NCBI RefSeq assembly: GCF_037042905.1
Contig: NC_087245.1
Span: 42,162,001-42,226,000 of the forward strand
Source: Lytechinus pictus
Taxonomy: Eukaryota
DNA: 64,000 bases
Direction of reading: 5' to 3'
Of the stretch, positions 40,497 through 52,687 are shown piece after piece; position 1 is the stretch's first letter, and each line of letters opens with the position of its first letter. The translations under genes and the position numbers were made by a program. The notes beneath the pieces were generated by a model, which saw only the letters and a program-made list of their open reading frames with translations, was not told the DNA's origin and did not search any database.

Positions 40497-42187
40497 ATAG
40501 TAAGATACAATGTAGCTCAGACAAATTTACAAGAATATGATCCATGACATGAAATTCACATTTAGATTTTCATAAGTTACTTTTTCCTAAGGAAATCATT
40601 CTGAATATAAAAGTTCAAAGTGAATGAAACAAAAAAGAAAAAAATCACAATTTCTTATCTTATTACATTTTATTTCGATAACAGACTTCTAAAGCTGTCG
40701 AGGCTTGACTCGATTGAAGGAATGGTACCGCCGAGGAATGCACTTGAACGCCATCATCGAACGTGAGAGTTGCACGATCTGAGAAATAGGGTGCTAATTA
40801 GTAGCTACCTGTTTTGCAGCACTTGCATATTAGTTCAGAAATAGGCAATTCATTCCAATGCTCGGCAACTATAGCAACGAATCCAAAAACAATGAATGGA
40901 ATCGCTAATCCAATTAAAGCATCAACTCCTTGGTGGTAGAGAGGGGGGGGGGTTAACATTAAAATTTGGCAGGTGGGGCTTAGACTACATGCTACATTGC
41001 AAAGTGAAATTAATATTACTTTTAAAGGAATGGTGATTGTAATAATTGAAATTTGTTGTATGTAACAATCAAGGAAGACCCGCTATGCCCCTTAATTCAT
41101 TTTTTTTTATTAGACCTAATATATTTTTCAAACAAATTAGGATATATAGACATTGCACAATCAAAGTTAGATGAACAGGCTCATCGTGGGCAGGTGGCCA
41201 ACATTGATGCTGTTGAAATATTTTACTGAAAGTAATTTAGTATAGATTATGATCCTCACTTTGGCAATATTTACTGCATATTTCCTTATCAGGTGGGATT
41301 GTAGAAACATTGACAGCACCTTGCCTGGAATCATGTAATCTCATGTGCATCCTAAATATCATACTGGCAATAAATAGATGTCCCTGATTCTGCAGTCAGG
41401 AAACTCATTAAATTTTCTGGAAGCTGCTTCAAGCATTGATAATAAGCTGTTCCGCTGTGTCAGGCTGTCAGGTTATATGGCATATTTTTATGTAGAGAAT
41501 ATTTTTTCTTTAAAAAAAAGGAAGAAAAAGTCACCTACATGTAGAAAATAGACTGCGATACCTGTAATGAGCGAGCTGATCTTCATTATAAGGTTTATTC
41601 CAACACCATGATCTATGAAGCTGAATCTTTCTAGGAGACCTTTTTTTTTGTAAAGTGAGGTTCATTTTTACTTATCATGGATCCTCTAGAATTTTGTATT
41701 TGGTAATTCATGCATAATAGATATATTAGTGTTGAAATTGTCTCAGAATTTTACTAATTTTTCACTTCAGTTTAATCATGTGTAAATTTGGCGAAAACTC
41801 CAGCTTCAAGGGTGCAATGCCCTTTGACCTGCTGGGGGTTTCACCCCAGTTCCCTTACCATTTTCAGCCTTTTTTTAAGGAGGCTTTAATAGTGGAATTG
41901 TTGAAGTGATATTGTTTTTTTACTCTGTGATAAATACATGTAGGTTAACACTGACTTATAAACCACTTTATTGAATTTCAGATACAGCACATGGTCATAT
42001 GCACATACAGTTGGTGGATTGTGGATGGGATTTTATCATTTTTTTTTAGACCAGATAAAATTGCAGAAACGATTTTGCTATTTTTTCCCCATCATTACTG
42101 CCCATATGCAGTAGACCGAACAGCCACCTCGAAGATAATGGGCAAAAAATAAATTTTCATTTTGGGGGTTACTGTTCACAACTTATT

Positions 42188-42412
42188 GCCATAGCTCAGT
42201 AGCTCAGTAGCTCGGTAGCTCAGTCGGTAGAGCGGGGGATTCGTATTGTGGTGACCTGGGTTCGATTCCCACTTGGTGTGCTAGTGCCCTTTGGTAAGGC
42301 ATTAATCCTCAGTACCAGGTCCTTCGGAGAGGACCTTAAGCCGTCGGTCCTCTGGTTGCTTGCTTACAAGCATTCATGCTTTCTTAGCAATCAGGTAAAA
42401 AATCACCACCAC
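42188..42412 (+). mobile_element. tRNA-derived SINE (second family)
   Basis: Box A TAGCTCAGTCGGTAGAGC and box B GGTTCGATTCCC, followed by a non-tRNA body (GGTCCTTCGGAGAGGACC hairpin) and a (CAC)n tail; no intact acceptor stem. Confidence 0.78.
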
Positions 42413-43485
42413 CACATAATCTGCAACATTGAGTAACATTGCAGTGATTGAGGATTTTCCAGGGCTCTTTTGAGCACTTTCTTGGCGAAATCGCCCCGAG
42501 CCTGTGTAATCTCTTTTCTTGAGTCCGGATCCATGTGTCTTCAAGAAAGACCAATTTAGACATACGTGTAGAGGACAACCTGTTCTTGGATGTTCCCTTG
42601 TGCCATCTTCAAGGAAGTCCATCGCCAGAACTGCTTCCTAATTAGATTTGTTATCGGTCTTATCTTGTGTTTGGTATCACATCCATCATCAATTCCTGTC
42701 TTCATTACACCTTATTACGAAGGAATAACCTTAATGAAGCCGTTGGTCAGTACATGGTCGGTGGAACGGTCAATCCCTGGCCACTGCTGCAACAGGTGTA
42801 AGAAATGTCAAATCCTTTGGTGCGAGCCTTCACAGGGACCTTGGTAGTTTGCTTTAGAAAAAATTATTCGTGAACGAGAAATGTGTGGCACTTGCGATAA
42901 TGACAAAATCCTGCGTTGTAATCCACGACAATTAGTAAGGGTCAGAACTGAATTATAGGCAATTAAGCTCCAAATTTGCCAATAAGGGTATATGCACAGA
43001 CTTGGCATTGACTAATAAATTGGCAGTGTTACCATTATACTTCAAGTAACTCAGGAAGACCTTTGTGAAAGTAAATATTTGTTTTTAAATCAGTGAATTC
43101 TTTCTCCTTACTATTCATAAATCAACTTTGGAATTGCAGTACTTCAAGAGAGCATGGACCTACTCACTATTAAATATAATAGAAAAATAATTTTTTTAAA
43201 CATTACTCTCTTCACGGACCTACTACTGTAGTATGTCCATTAAAAAGAGTAACTTCTGGGTTTTTTTTATTAGTGAGTATCTAAGATGGTAAGTTTATTT
43301 AAAGACATCAATGCCCCTTTCTATTTGAATTTTGAGGTCAGATTTCATTACCAAATACATCATTTTGTATGATTGCACCCAGATATATTAATTTTTTCTA
43401 TTTATTTATAATGAAATTCTAAATCTCTTTTGGATCAAAGTGATTTGGATTATTTGATCAGTATTATGTGGATGGACCAGCAATC

Positions 43486-43943
43486 GGCATACATTCGTAA
43501 TTCCGAAGCTTCGTTATTCCGAAGGTTCGGATATTCCGAAGGTTCGTAATTCCGAAGGTTTGTTAGCCCGAAAACGAAATGAGGTTTGTTATTCCGAAGG
43601 TTCGTTAATCCGAAAAAGAAATGAGGTCCGTAATTCCGAAGGTTCGTTAGTCCGAAAACTAAATGATTAACTAACCTTATTTCGTTTTCGGACTAACGAA
43701 CCTTCGGAACAACAAACCTTATTTCGTTTTCGGATTAACGAACCTTCGGAACATCGAACCTTATTTCGTTTTCGGATTATTGAACCTTCGGAATAACGAA
43801 CCTTCGGAATAACGCCACAAATGTTCGGATTAACGAACCCTTTTACGTTTTCGGATTAACGAACATCGAGGTATAGGCAATTTTCGTGTTTCGGAATTAC
43901 GAACCTTCGGAATAAAGAACCTTCGGAATTACGAAGTGTAACC
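43486..43943. mobile_element. Foldback-type MITE (GG...CC termini, 9-bp TSD; Merlin- or MULE-like)
   Basis: Arms are built of ~15-bp units TTCCGAAGGTTCGT and their inverse ACGAACCTTCGGAA; perfect TSD CCAGCAATC at 43477-43485 and 43944-43952. Confidence 0.9.
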
Positions 43944-44504
43944 CCAGCAATCATCCCTTGCTATTAAAATAACTATTGATTTGTGAGTTGCCCCAAAGTG
44001 CCTCAGAGTTCATTGTTCCTGGCAGAAGGAAATAAAGGGGCTTCAGCATACGCACTCTATGTTTCCTGCCCCCCATCGTAACCACGCTGATCTTTGCCAT
44101 ATTTAGGCATTGGTAATCATCGTCGACGTCATTGATGATGTCATCGAGAGCTCGTTTTGAAGGGGTCAGGAAATTCCTTTGACTTGGATGCGTTCTTCTG
44201 AGAGCAATCGCAATTCTTTAATATCAAAGATCAAGATTTGTTTGTGTCTTTCTCTGGATGATAAGAATCTGAGTTGCAGAGAGAGACAGAATAGATTTCT
44301 ATGGAAATTGACAATAAAATGCAGTTCTATATGGTGTCTGGGTGTTTCCCCTTAATGTCTCTGTTGCAAGAGAGATGCATCTCACAACTTCCTCAAGAAG
44401 AGGTCCCTTCAAAATTTTAGGTTCATTACGCCACTGATGTGCAGGAATACCAAAAATGGTGATTACTACGTTCTATCTGTGAGTCTTACAAAGGTGTCTT
44501 TTAA

Positions 44505-45560
44505 AGGGGAAGTTCACCCTGACAAAAAGTTTATTGTAAATATAGCAGAAAAGTGATAAAGAAATATTGGGGAAGGTTTGAGGAAAATCCATCAAAGATT
44601 TTTAAAGTTATTTAGAATTTCAATTATTTGATTTGTGATGTCACATGCAAGCAGCTTCATCATTGATTTTTTTAAAAATGAAGAAAATGTCATTCTCTTA
44701 AATATGAAAATGAGTTTTATAGTATAATGATCAACAGACAAATTATTTCATACCTGCTCCTGAAACAAGCCGTCATGAAACCATTTAAAATTGAAATTTA
44801 TGCATTTTATATTACATAACATGTGGGGCAGCTGATTGTCTGTAGATGACGTCACAAATCGCGAAATTAGAATTCTAATAACTTTCTTAAAGGGGAATCC
44901 AACCCAAATAAAAACTTGTTTTTATAAGAAAAAGATAAATCAGACAAGTTGATATGTGAAAGTTTGAACAATATTGAACAAACAACAAGAAAGTTATGAA
45001 TTTTTAAAAGTTGTAAATATTGGTATTCACTGTACTCATGGAGACTTCAAATTGGCCACATATGGGATGTCATAGTGATGTCAGGCAAGGACTACTCTTC
45101 CATGTACTCCACTACATATTATGGCTAAAATGTCATTTTTCCGAAAAGTTTTATTTCAAATTACATTTTTCTTTCATGAGGACATTAAACAATCTACTAC
45201 CTGGGTTATATCTAGATTACTGCCCCAGGGGAATGGGTACTTAGGAGAAAACCACAAAACCCTGATAATAAAGTACATGGCCTATGGGAAAGTTGTCCTT
45301 GCCCCTTGTCATAATTTACTTACCCAGTTGCCAATTTGAAATCTACATACTATTAGTGATCCCAATTTTAAAGCAGCTATAAATTTCTTATTGCTTGTCC
45401 GATTTCTTTCAAATTTTCACCATTCTGTTTAATTTATTTTTCTCCTTCCCAACACAACATTTTATGGCCAAGGCTGGATTCCCCTTTAATCTTTAATGGA
45501 TATTCCTCAAACCTTTACCAATATTTTTTATTTGAACTTTTCGTCAGGTTGAACTTCCCA
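44505..45560. mobile_element. Kolobok/T2-type MITE, family D (host of a nested element)
   Basis: TTAA-AGGGGAAGTTCACCCTGAC ... GTCAGGTTGAACTTCCC. The right TIR is interrupted at a TTAA by 44891-45485. Confidence 0.82.
44891..45485. mobile_element. Kolobok/T2-type MITE, family E (nested)
   Basis: TTAA TSDs at 44887-44890 and 45486-45489; termini AGGGGAATCCA / TGGATTCCCCT. Confidence 0.9.
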
Positions 45561-45564
45561 ATAA

Positions 45565-45840
45565 GCTGGGGTTAAGGCTTTAACCCCAGCTATTAAAGCA
45601 AATAGTATGGGGTTGAGGATAGTCCAGGGTTAAGGATAGTATGGGGTTAAGTAAATGCAGTGTGAAAAGCATTTTAGTAGACTTGACACAGTGGCAGATC
45701 CAGGTGGGGGCACATCAGGCCTGTGCCCCACCCCCTTTGAGAGGCAAAAAAATTAAAATAGGGGAATTGGTCATGCATACATGCACGTGAAGACCTTTTT
45801 GTGCATGTCAAATTTTTTCTAGAACAAGATGCCCCCTTTT
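45565..45840 (+). repeat. Duplicate of the junction region ~3102-3330 (Harbinger-like MITE end + spacer + hAT-like MITE start)
   Basis: Near-identical run GGATAGTATGGGGTTAAGTAAATGCAGTGTGAAAAGCAT-TTAGTAGACTTGACA-CAGTGGC.GATCCAGGTGGGG... at both places. Confidence 0.9.
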
Positions 45841-48800
45841 CCCCCTTTAATGTCGATGATGCGGTTCTCATTTAATTAATTGTAAGAATTAAAAACTTAA
45901 AGTTTGAAAGGGGATTCTGTCATTGTCTGAAATCACTTAAAGTCAACAGAGATCTGAATCATTCTGTTTAAAATGTTGCCACACTATCAGAAAATTCAAG
46001 AACCTCCAAACATTTTTGTTTTCACTTTCTAGACAAAAGAAGCTGACAAAAGGAGCTGTATTTAGAACTTTCCTCACAAAGCAACATCTAACATGAAGGA
46101 AGTGGCAACAACAGAAACACTAAAGTGAATTTGCCATTGACTGCAGATTATCTTGCAACAGAGAAGACACAGCTATCTATTAATATAATTGGATCACAAA
46201 GATAGTTTCTGAAGGATTAATCCAAAACAAATGTATTTGATCTTTAGTTGTCTGTAACTAAATATGAGACTCTTGTTTCATTTACTTCAATCTTGTTGTA
46301 GATATTACTAATCCGCTTCTTGCAAGGACTTCATGCAATATCTCTCTTTTGTCATCTCTATCAAATTCAGAATATCCTGTCTTTATGAAGATGTATTCTG
46401 AGGATTTTCTTAAATCTTTAGCCGCGCTTAGTTTAAGTCCTCATTGGGCAATTTATCGTGTCGATGTCTGAATTTGTGGTTATTATTTCTTATTTGGAAA
46501 AAAATAAAAGAATGCAGTTCTATTTCCTCTTTTTATTCTGGCTTTAGGATTGCGAAGTAGATTTGATTTCATAAATCCATCTAGCAGTCTATGGCTGTTG
46601 TTTTTTGTCATACATGGAATCTTCAACTCCCTCTCTCTCCGTATCTCTCTTCCTCGCTCTCGCTCTCAACACCCCCCTCCCTCTCTCTTCTTTCCATAGT
46701 CTCTGTATCCAATATATTTTCATAGATTTTTTCAATGAAATGTTGAAGCCTCATAACATATTTCAAAGTTATTAAAGTTATTGTATCGTCACTTGTCATT
46801 CTGAACCTAAACATTCTATTTAATATGGTGCATGGATAATGTACACGCATCATGTGGTGAATTCTATATTCTGAGCTCATAGTCAGCGCTGCATTTTAAT
46901 AATTTGGCAGCAATTATTCTGGGCTGTCAACTGATGCAATTAGTGGCGATCTGAATGTCAGGAACTACTCATATAAAGTCGTTACTGTAAAGCCAGAGCT
47001 GTCGGAGGAAGATAGAGACGTATGACGTGGCAGGTTAGACAAGGGTATATGGACCCACAAACTCGTCAGCATCGCTGCCGTTTTGATGATTAATGCATGT
47101 AGTTCCATAGAGTGCACTGTTGACTTGTAATTCGCTTCGAATGTAGTACACTAATTTTCATTTGTCTTAGAGATATGTGACAGCTTGGGCTCCGTAATTT
47201 TCCTTACCATAACCATTCTTATATAAGTATATCACAATGTGATCTAACATATAGCAATTATCTTTTTGGAAGAACAGATTTACATTTTAGGATAGGGGAT
47301 CGGGTGTCCAGAAACGTAAAAATGTTGAAGCCTTCTCTTTTGTCTTTGAATTACACTAAAAATATGAATTCAATCATCTTCTATTTTGTTTTTTATGATA
47401 TTGCCTAAAACTTGATAAAACTCTGCTGGTAAATTTTTTCCAAATGGCTGTTTAAAATTGATTGTCCGGACACACAACCTGTCCGGACACACAACAACTT
47501 GGGTAGTATTTGTCTTGTCATAATTTCATTCCAAAGCTCATGAGCATTCCTTTATGACTTCGTAAAAGTTCGGAGCTTGAACAGGTCTTCTAGATCTGGT
47601 GAGCCAAATCACAAGTTCATGCGCGCATATGCACACCTGCAGTCCTGCATGTGTGCAGGTGCGATAGGTGCTTTGGCCTCACCAACTTTCTATGACAGAT
47701 TGCGGCATGCCCGAATCTTTGTGCTTGTAATGTGAACAACTTGCACCAGGGAGATTCTTCATTGCCTGTTTTGAGTATCATCCCCTTGAATATATAAAGT
47801 TCTTGCTGTGTCACCCCCCCTGGATGGTCATCCTGATATGATTAGACATTCCGAGTGCTATTCATTTTCTTCCCATCTTCATTTAAATGCTCCCATCGAG
47901 GCTTTCTAAAGGTGTGTCTTATGGAGTTATGGGTATCCTCACAAGGGGAATTCACCCTGACCTCAAAATGCTTTTTAAAAGCAGAAATTTCAAAAGAACC
48001 ATATTACTTGAAGATTTGGCAAAAATCCATATAAGAGAAAGTTACAATAATTGTGAGCAATCGTCTCCTTCTTTCGTAATGTGACATCAATTCCATAAAA
48101 TGCTACTTTCTTTAAAATTGAAAATAGCCCCCTATGTCCATTTAGTGTATTGGCAGAAATATTTTTAACATGCTGATGTGGTAAAATGTTTTCAGCCACT
48201 ATGAACCGTTTGCCCCCAAAATTGCTTTTAGTTTGCCCACAATAACATCTTATTTGAAATGGAATAATGTAGCGTAGAGACTAGAGAAATATAAGCCCAT
48301 GCGCTCAAGATTCTAAGAAATCTCTTTAATATGCTGAACGAATTTACATCAGATGTTAGATAGACCAGGGGGGGGGGCAGTCGCTGTATTTGGCACGATG
48401 GGGCGATAAAAACTGCAGGGAATCATGACTTCGATACTTGGCTCTATGCACGCTTCTTCACTGGGCATGTTGACAACATAGGAAACAGAATGAGATCTCG
48501 GGAATACGTAGGAACATTTCATGGAGGTGGGGAGAAAAAGTATTGGCACAGTTTCGTAGTGAGTGGGGGTGGGGAAGGGGAGGGGGGTTATCACAGGAAA
48601 CCCATGGAAGTAATTCAGTGAGAAAATGCCAAGACAAGTTTCTCATTATAAGGCGTGTGATTGATCAATCAATTAAGGGGGATAAGTCATGTAGGCCAGA
48701 AGTCTCTGTACGCTTCTCTTTTGAAGTAAACAACTTATTTGAAGACTATGATATATAAGCAGAATAATGCAGTACTTGAAATGTCATTTTTGCCGTGAGG

Positions 48801-49263
48801 CACTCGATCTGGATTCAGGGATTTGTCCTCAACTGTAAATCTGAATAAATTTAGAAACCTTATATTTGGAATTTACCGATTAAGATATTGTGTCCTATTG
48901 CATCCACCAGAGCACATATATATTGTTAATAAAAAGGATATCCGAAGATTATCGATAAGAAAAAATGGCCAAAACCATTTGTAAATTTTAGAAACGACCT
49001 TGAAGTTCACAATCATCTAGCATGGTACTGTAGCTACTGGCTTGCTACAGTCTTATGAGTTAACTAGATGAATGTAGTCTTACTTCATTCTTTGTATTTT
49101 GATTTTGCACACACTCTCTTCGCAGGAGAGCATAAAACATCAAAAGTGGACTGCACAATAAATAATGTGCTGGGGTCAGGTTTCAGTAACCACAATGAAT
49201 GACAAATGCTACTGTTTTGTGACAAATTTGTTGAGCACTAGCCAATTACATACCATTTTCTCA

Positions 49264-49654
49264 TACCCCTTTCATAAACCCAATAAAACATATCCTCCAA
49301 TTAGCCGCCTAAGAGTAATGCGGATAATTCAATAAAAATTGCGTTCACAAACTCCATAAATTATTTTTACGAGCGCCCGTCCTGAAAAAGGCGGATAATC
49401 GTCATGACAACTGGACACGCCCCCTCCAATGCGGTTGTGTTGGAAAAGGGTGACCTTGTGACCTCACCATGGCAATTATCCGCATTATTTGGAAATACGT
49501 TCATAAACTCAAAATCTTGTCCCGATGCCGCTATTATGCGGATAATAGCAGCATCAGAATAATGCGGATAACTCTTGTCCTCCTCTGATTTTACGACCAA
49601 ATTATGCTGCTATTAGCCGCATAATTGTGTTTTATTGGGTTTATGAAAGGGGTA
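49264..49654. mobile_element. Harbinger-like MITE
   Basis: TIR TACCCCTTTCATAAACCCAATAAAACA / TGTTTTATTGGGTTTATGAAAGGGGTA; flanks TCA/TTA; internal GCGGATAA repeats. Confidence 0.88.
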
Positions 49655-50988
49655 TTAGACTCACTTGCTAGTTTTGATCGTACATTCATTGCTTGAACCT
49701 TGCCAATGATTGAATTTTATGAAATGGTCCGTGTAGAATTGGAGCAAGTAAATGCCAACATTATCGAGGGATATTAATGAAACATCCTTCAGAAGTCGGA
49801 TATGACTTGATGTCTCAATTTCGAACCCGAACATTTGTGGAGTGTTAGCTGAAAAATATGGGAAAGATGTCAGCAATGGAGACACAGACAGACAGACAGA
49901 CTCAGAATGAAGAGTGTACTTTTCAGAATTCAGCCTTGAAAAAAGAGGTGACCCGAAAAGGGCTGTTTCCATGGCAATGCAGGAATTCAGGAAGTATAAA
50001 CTTAACCTTGGCTGCTCGAAGAAATATGCTCTGAACTCTGGAATGCCTTTGTGGTGTTATTTATAATTTTCATCCAGCTTACTTCTAATTTGTTCTTCCA
50101 TTTTTATTTTCTGCTCATATCTTCATCTTCGTATCAGCATGGAACAATCTTTTAGTTTTATTTATTTTTTAAAAGGTTTTTGGACTTTAGGCTGAGAAGT
50201 ACATGTACCATGACCATATTCTTTGAAAACAAGCAAATGTTACATTGATGAAAGTGAGGATTTGCTATCTTCATTTCTTCTCCCTTATCCCATCTCGTTC
50301 TTGCCCCATCTTACTTCTCATTTTCAGTCAAAGTCTACCAAATTTTCTTGAAGGGGAAAAAGTTGTCAAAAAGATGAAGCTTAAAGTAATATTGCAATAT
50401 TTTGTTTTGATCATGTTTGCCTCTTCTTTCATCATTAGGTTTTCATGTCTAATGATAATTTGTGTAATACTAGGAAAACATTTTCTTAAAGATATATTAG
50501 AATTATTTTGGACCTTTCCTTGCTTGTTTGATAGGCTTCATGTGTAATGATATACTAGGAAATACTTTCTTCAAGATTTATTCAATAGAACTACATGTAC
50601 TGTATGTATGCTTTTGAAATTTGTACTTTTTGTTATTAGGTCTATGAAAGATTCTATCCTATTTATTTGATATTGATCTAAGTTTTTTTTTAATCCAGGA
50701 GGTTTGAGACATTTGAGTATTCGATGTATGTGTGGGAGGGGATTTACTGCTGCATGTCTTGACGACTATGTATTTGTGACTCACGGACATGTTGTAAATA
50801 GATTGTTTCCCCTTTCTGCTTGTCATCATGTTTTCCTTGGTTTCCTGTATTGTCTACTGCATGCTCCTTTAGGAGGAAAAAATAAGGAGAGAGAGAAAAA
50901 ACTTGGTGTGTTCCCATATAACTGTAGCTTTGTCGCAGCTAAAAGATTAAAATTGCGAAGACAGCCAAATTTGCTTCAACGTGATGCT

Positions 50989-51169
50989 GTATAGAAACTT
51001 TATAGAAAGACCACCTGTGACCTGTCTATGGAGACCGCACATTTGGTTTCCTATGAATAGTTTTCCCCATTGAAATATGTATTGGATGAACCTGTCCCTA
51101 TGGACCACATGTTAATACAGACCACCTTTCTCGTCTCCTTTGGATGGTCCTGATAGACGGGTTTCACTG
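50989..51169. mobile_element. Tc1/mariner (pogo/Tigger-like) MITE remnant
   Basis: Right end GACGGGTTTCACTG-TA (a CAGTGAAACC-type TIR with TA TSD); repeated GACCACCTGTCTA-like units; degenerate left end. Confidence 0.6.
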
Positions 51170-52687
51170 TATGTCACAAATGAAGGAGTGCGTCGAAACT
51201 GGGTGGACCCTGAGCTCAGCAAAGTTTAATGCTGTCTTCAGATTCACAACAGTATTATAGATCTATGCACGCCATGCTTAGCTTCATGAGGCCTTAATAG
51301 TCTAACTTGCTGTTTCACGATATCGTTGTCTGACTCTCATTAGCCACATGACAGAAAACCACCTTTTTTTTTTTTTTGGTAATAGTAAATTGATATAAGA
51401 TAATGATAAGAAGATCTCAGTCTTATTGTCAAATCAGGGAATTGTTAGTTAAATCCATCCCATGGTTATATTCAATGAATTTTCTATAATTTCTATACCA
51501 ACCATATATCTGATCCAGACTCTTCTTTACCCATGTATGATTACGAGATGAAGAATTCTACTTAATAGATTCTATATCCCGCCACAGGCTACCATTCTCT
51601 TTGTGTTATGAGATTACTTATTAGGATTAATCAAGATTTGTATAATTGTTACATGGGTATCATTTCTTTTTAGAAACCATTATGCTTATTCCTATATCAG
51701 GGATCTGTAGGGTTTTCATATGGGAATTACAATTGACTTTCATTTCTAACCACATATGGACCTGTGGTAGTTAGTGGTTTTTGGAGAGTTAAGCTGTAGT
51801 TGGAAAGGGACTTTCTCTTTGAACATATCAATGCATTTTCAAGTGCAGACCTGTACCTCCCCCCCCCCCCATTGTACTAGTATCACATTCTAAAATCCCT
51901 ACCCAAGTGTAAATGCAGGGGTAAAGTGTGAAAACCTTGCAGATTGGGAGCTTTTAATAAGCACCAATTTGTGGAATTTGAATAACCTTGGTCATCATGG
52001 TTGAATGAAAATTTAATATGTGAGGATTGATTAAACATGATATTTTGCTTTCTGCCTTTCCTTTGCCATAAACATGAATGTGAGAATTGCTCTAATGTAG
52101 CCATGTTGGAGAAATTTCAAACAGTTGCAAGAATTAAAACACCCATGAAGTGTGTTTTTTGATAAACTGAACAAATTTGGATTTCATAATTAAGAATTTT
52201 ATTTCAGTTATTTTAAAGTTGACCAGGATAATGCAACATTTCCTTATTATTATAACACTTGTAATTGGTGTGGTTTTAAGTGCTTACCAGGCCTGGTGCT
52301 TACTACCACATATTGGATGGAACTTAATCTTCCAGTTGGTCACTCCCACCCCCCCCTTCTTCTCAACTTCTGTGATACTTTATACCCAATGATATCATTT
52401 AAGCATTGTTTTGTTACATTGTTTCAGTACTACAAGACTTAACTGAATTTCCTTGATGATACAGAAAATGAAATACAGCTATTGTACTTGCACCATCCTT
52501 TAAAGTTGGTCTCTCTCTTTTTTTTTTTTTTTTACTTCCATTGAGGTGCACAATTCACTCTTATTATAGTACATGTATGTATATCTTAATTCATATTATG
52601 TACATGTATTTTGTGTTATCATATCAAAATTGTGAATATTGTGTATACTTAACATATTATCTCTCTTTTGTTTTTGTTTCACTACAG

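Noticed and set aside
42213..42285. tRNA gene
   Set aside because: Boxes A and B are present, but there is no proper acceptor stem or terminator and the sequence continues into a SINE body.
42510..42850. LINE endonuclease-like remnant on the - strand (TDHVLTN...GVMKTGIDD)
   Set aside because: Too short, interrupted by stops and unsupported by flanking motifs; it would need a profile search.
43486..43943. CRISPR-like array of short repeats
   Set aside because: The units are contiguous with no unique spacers, are arranged as two inverted arms and are bounded by a 9-bp TSD. This is a foldback MITE in a eukaryotic genome with no cas genes.
52639..52687. ORF-track N-terminus [16 protein letters not shown] as a start codon or signal peptide
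   Set aside because: It starts at a non-ATG codon and is the translated polypyrimidine tract and acceptor of the intron.
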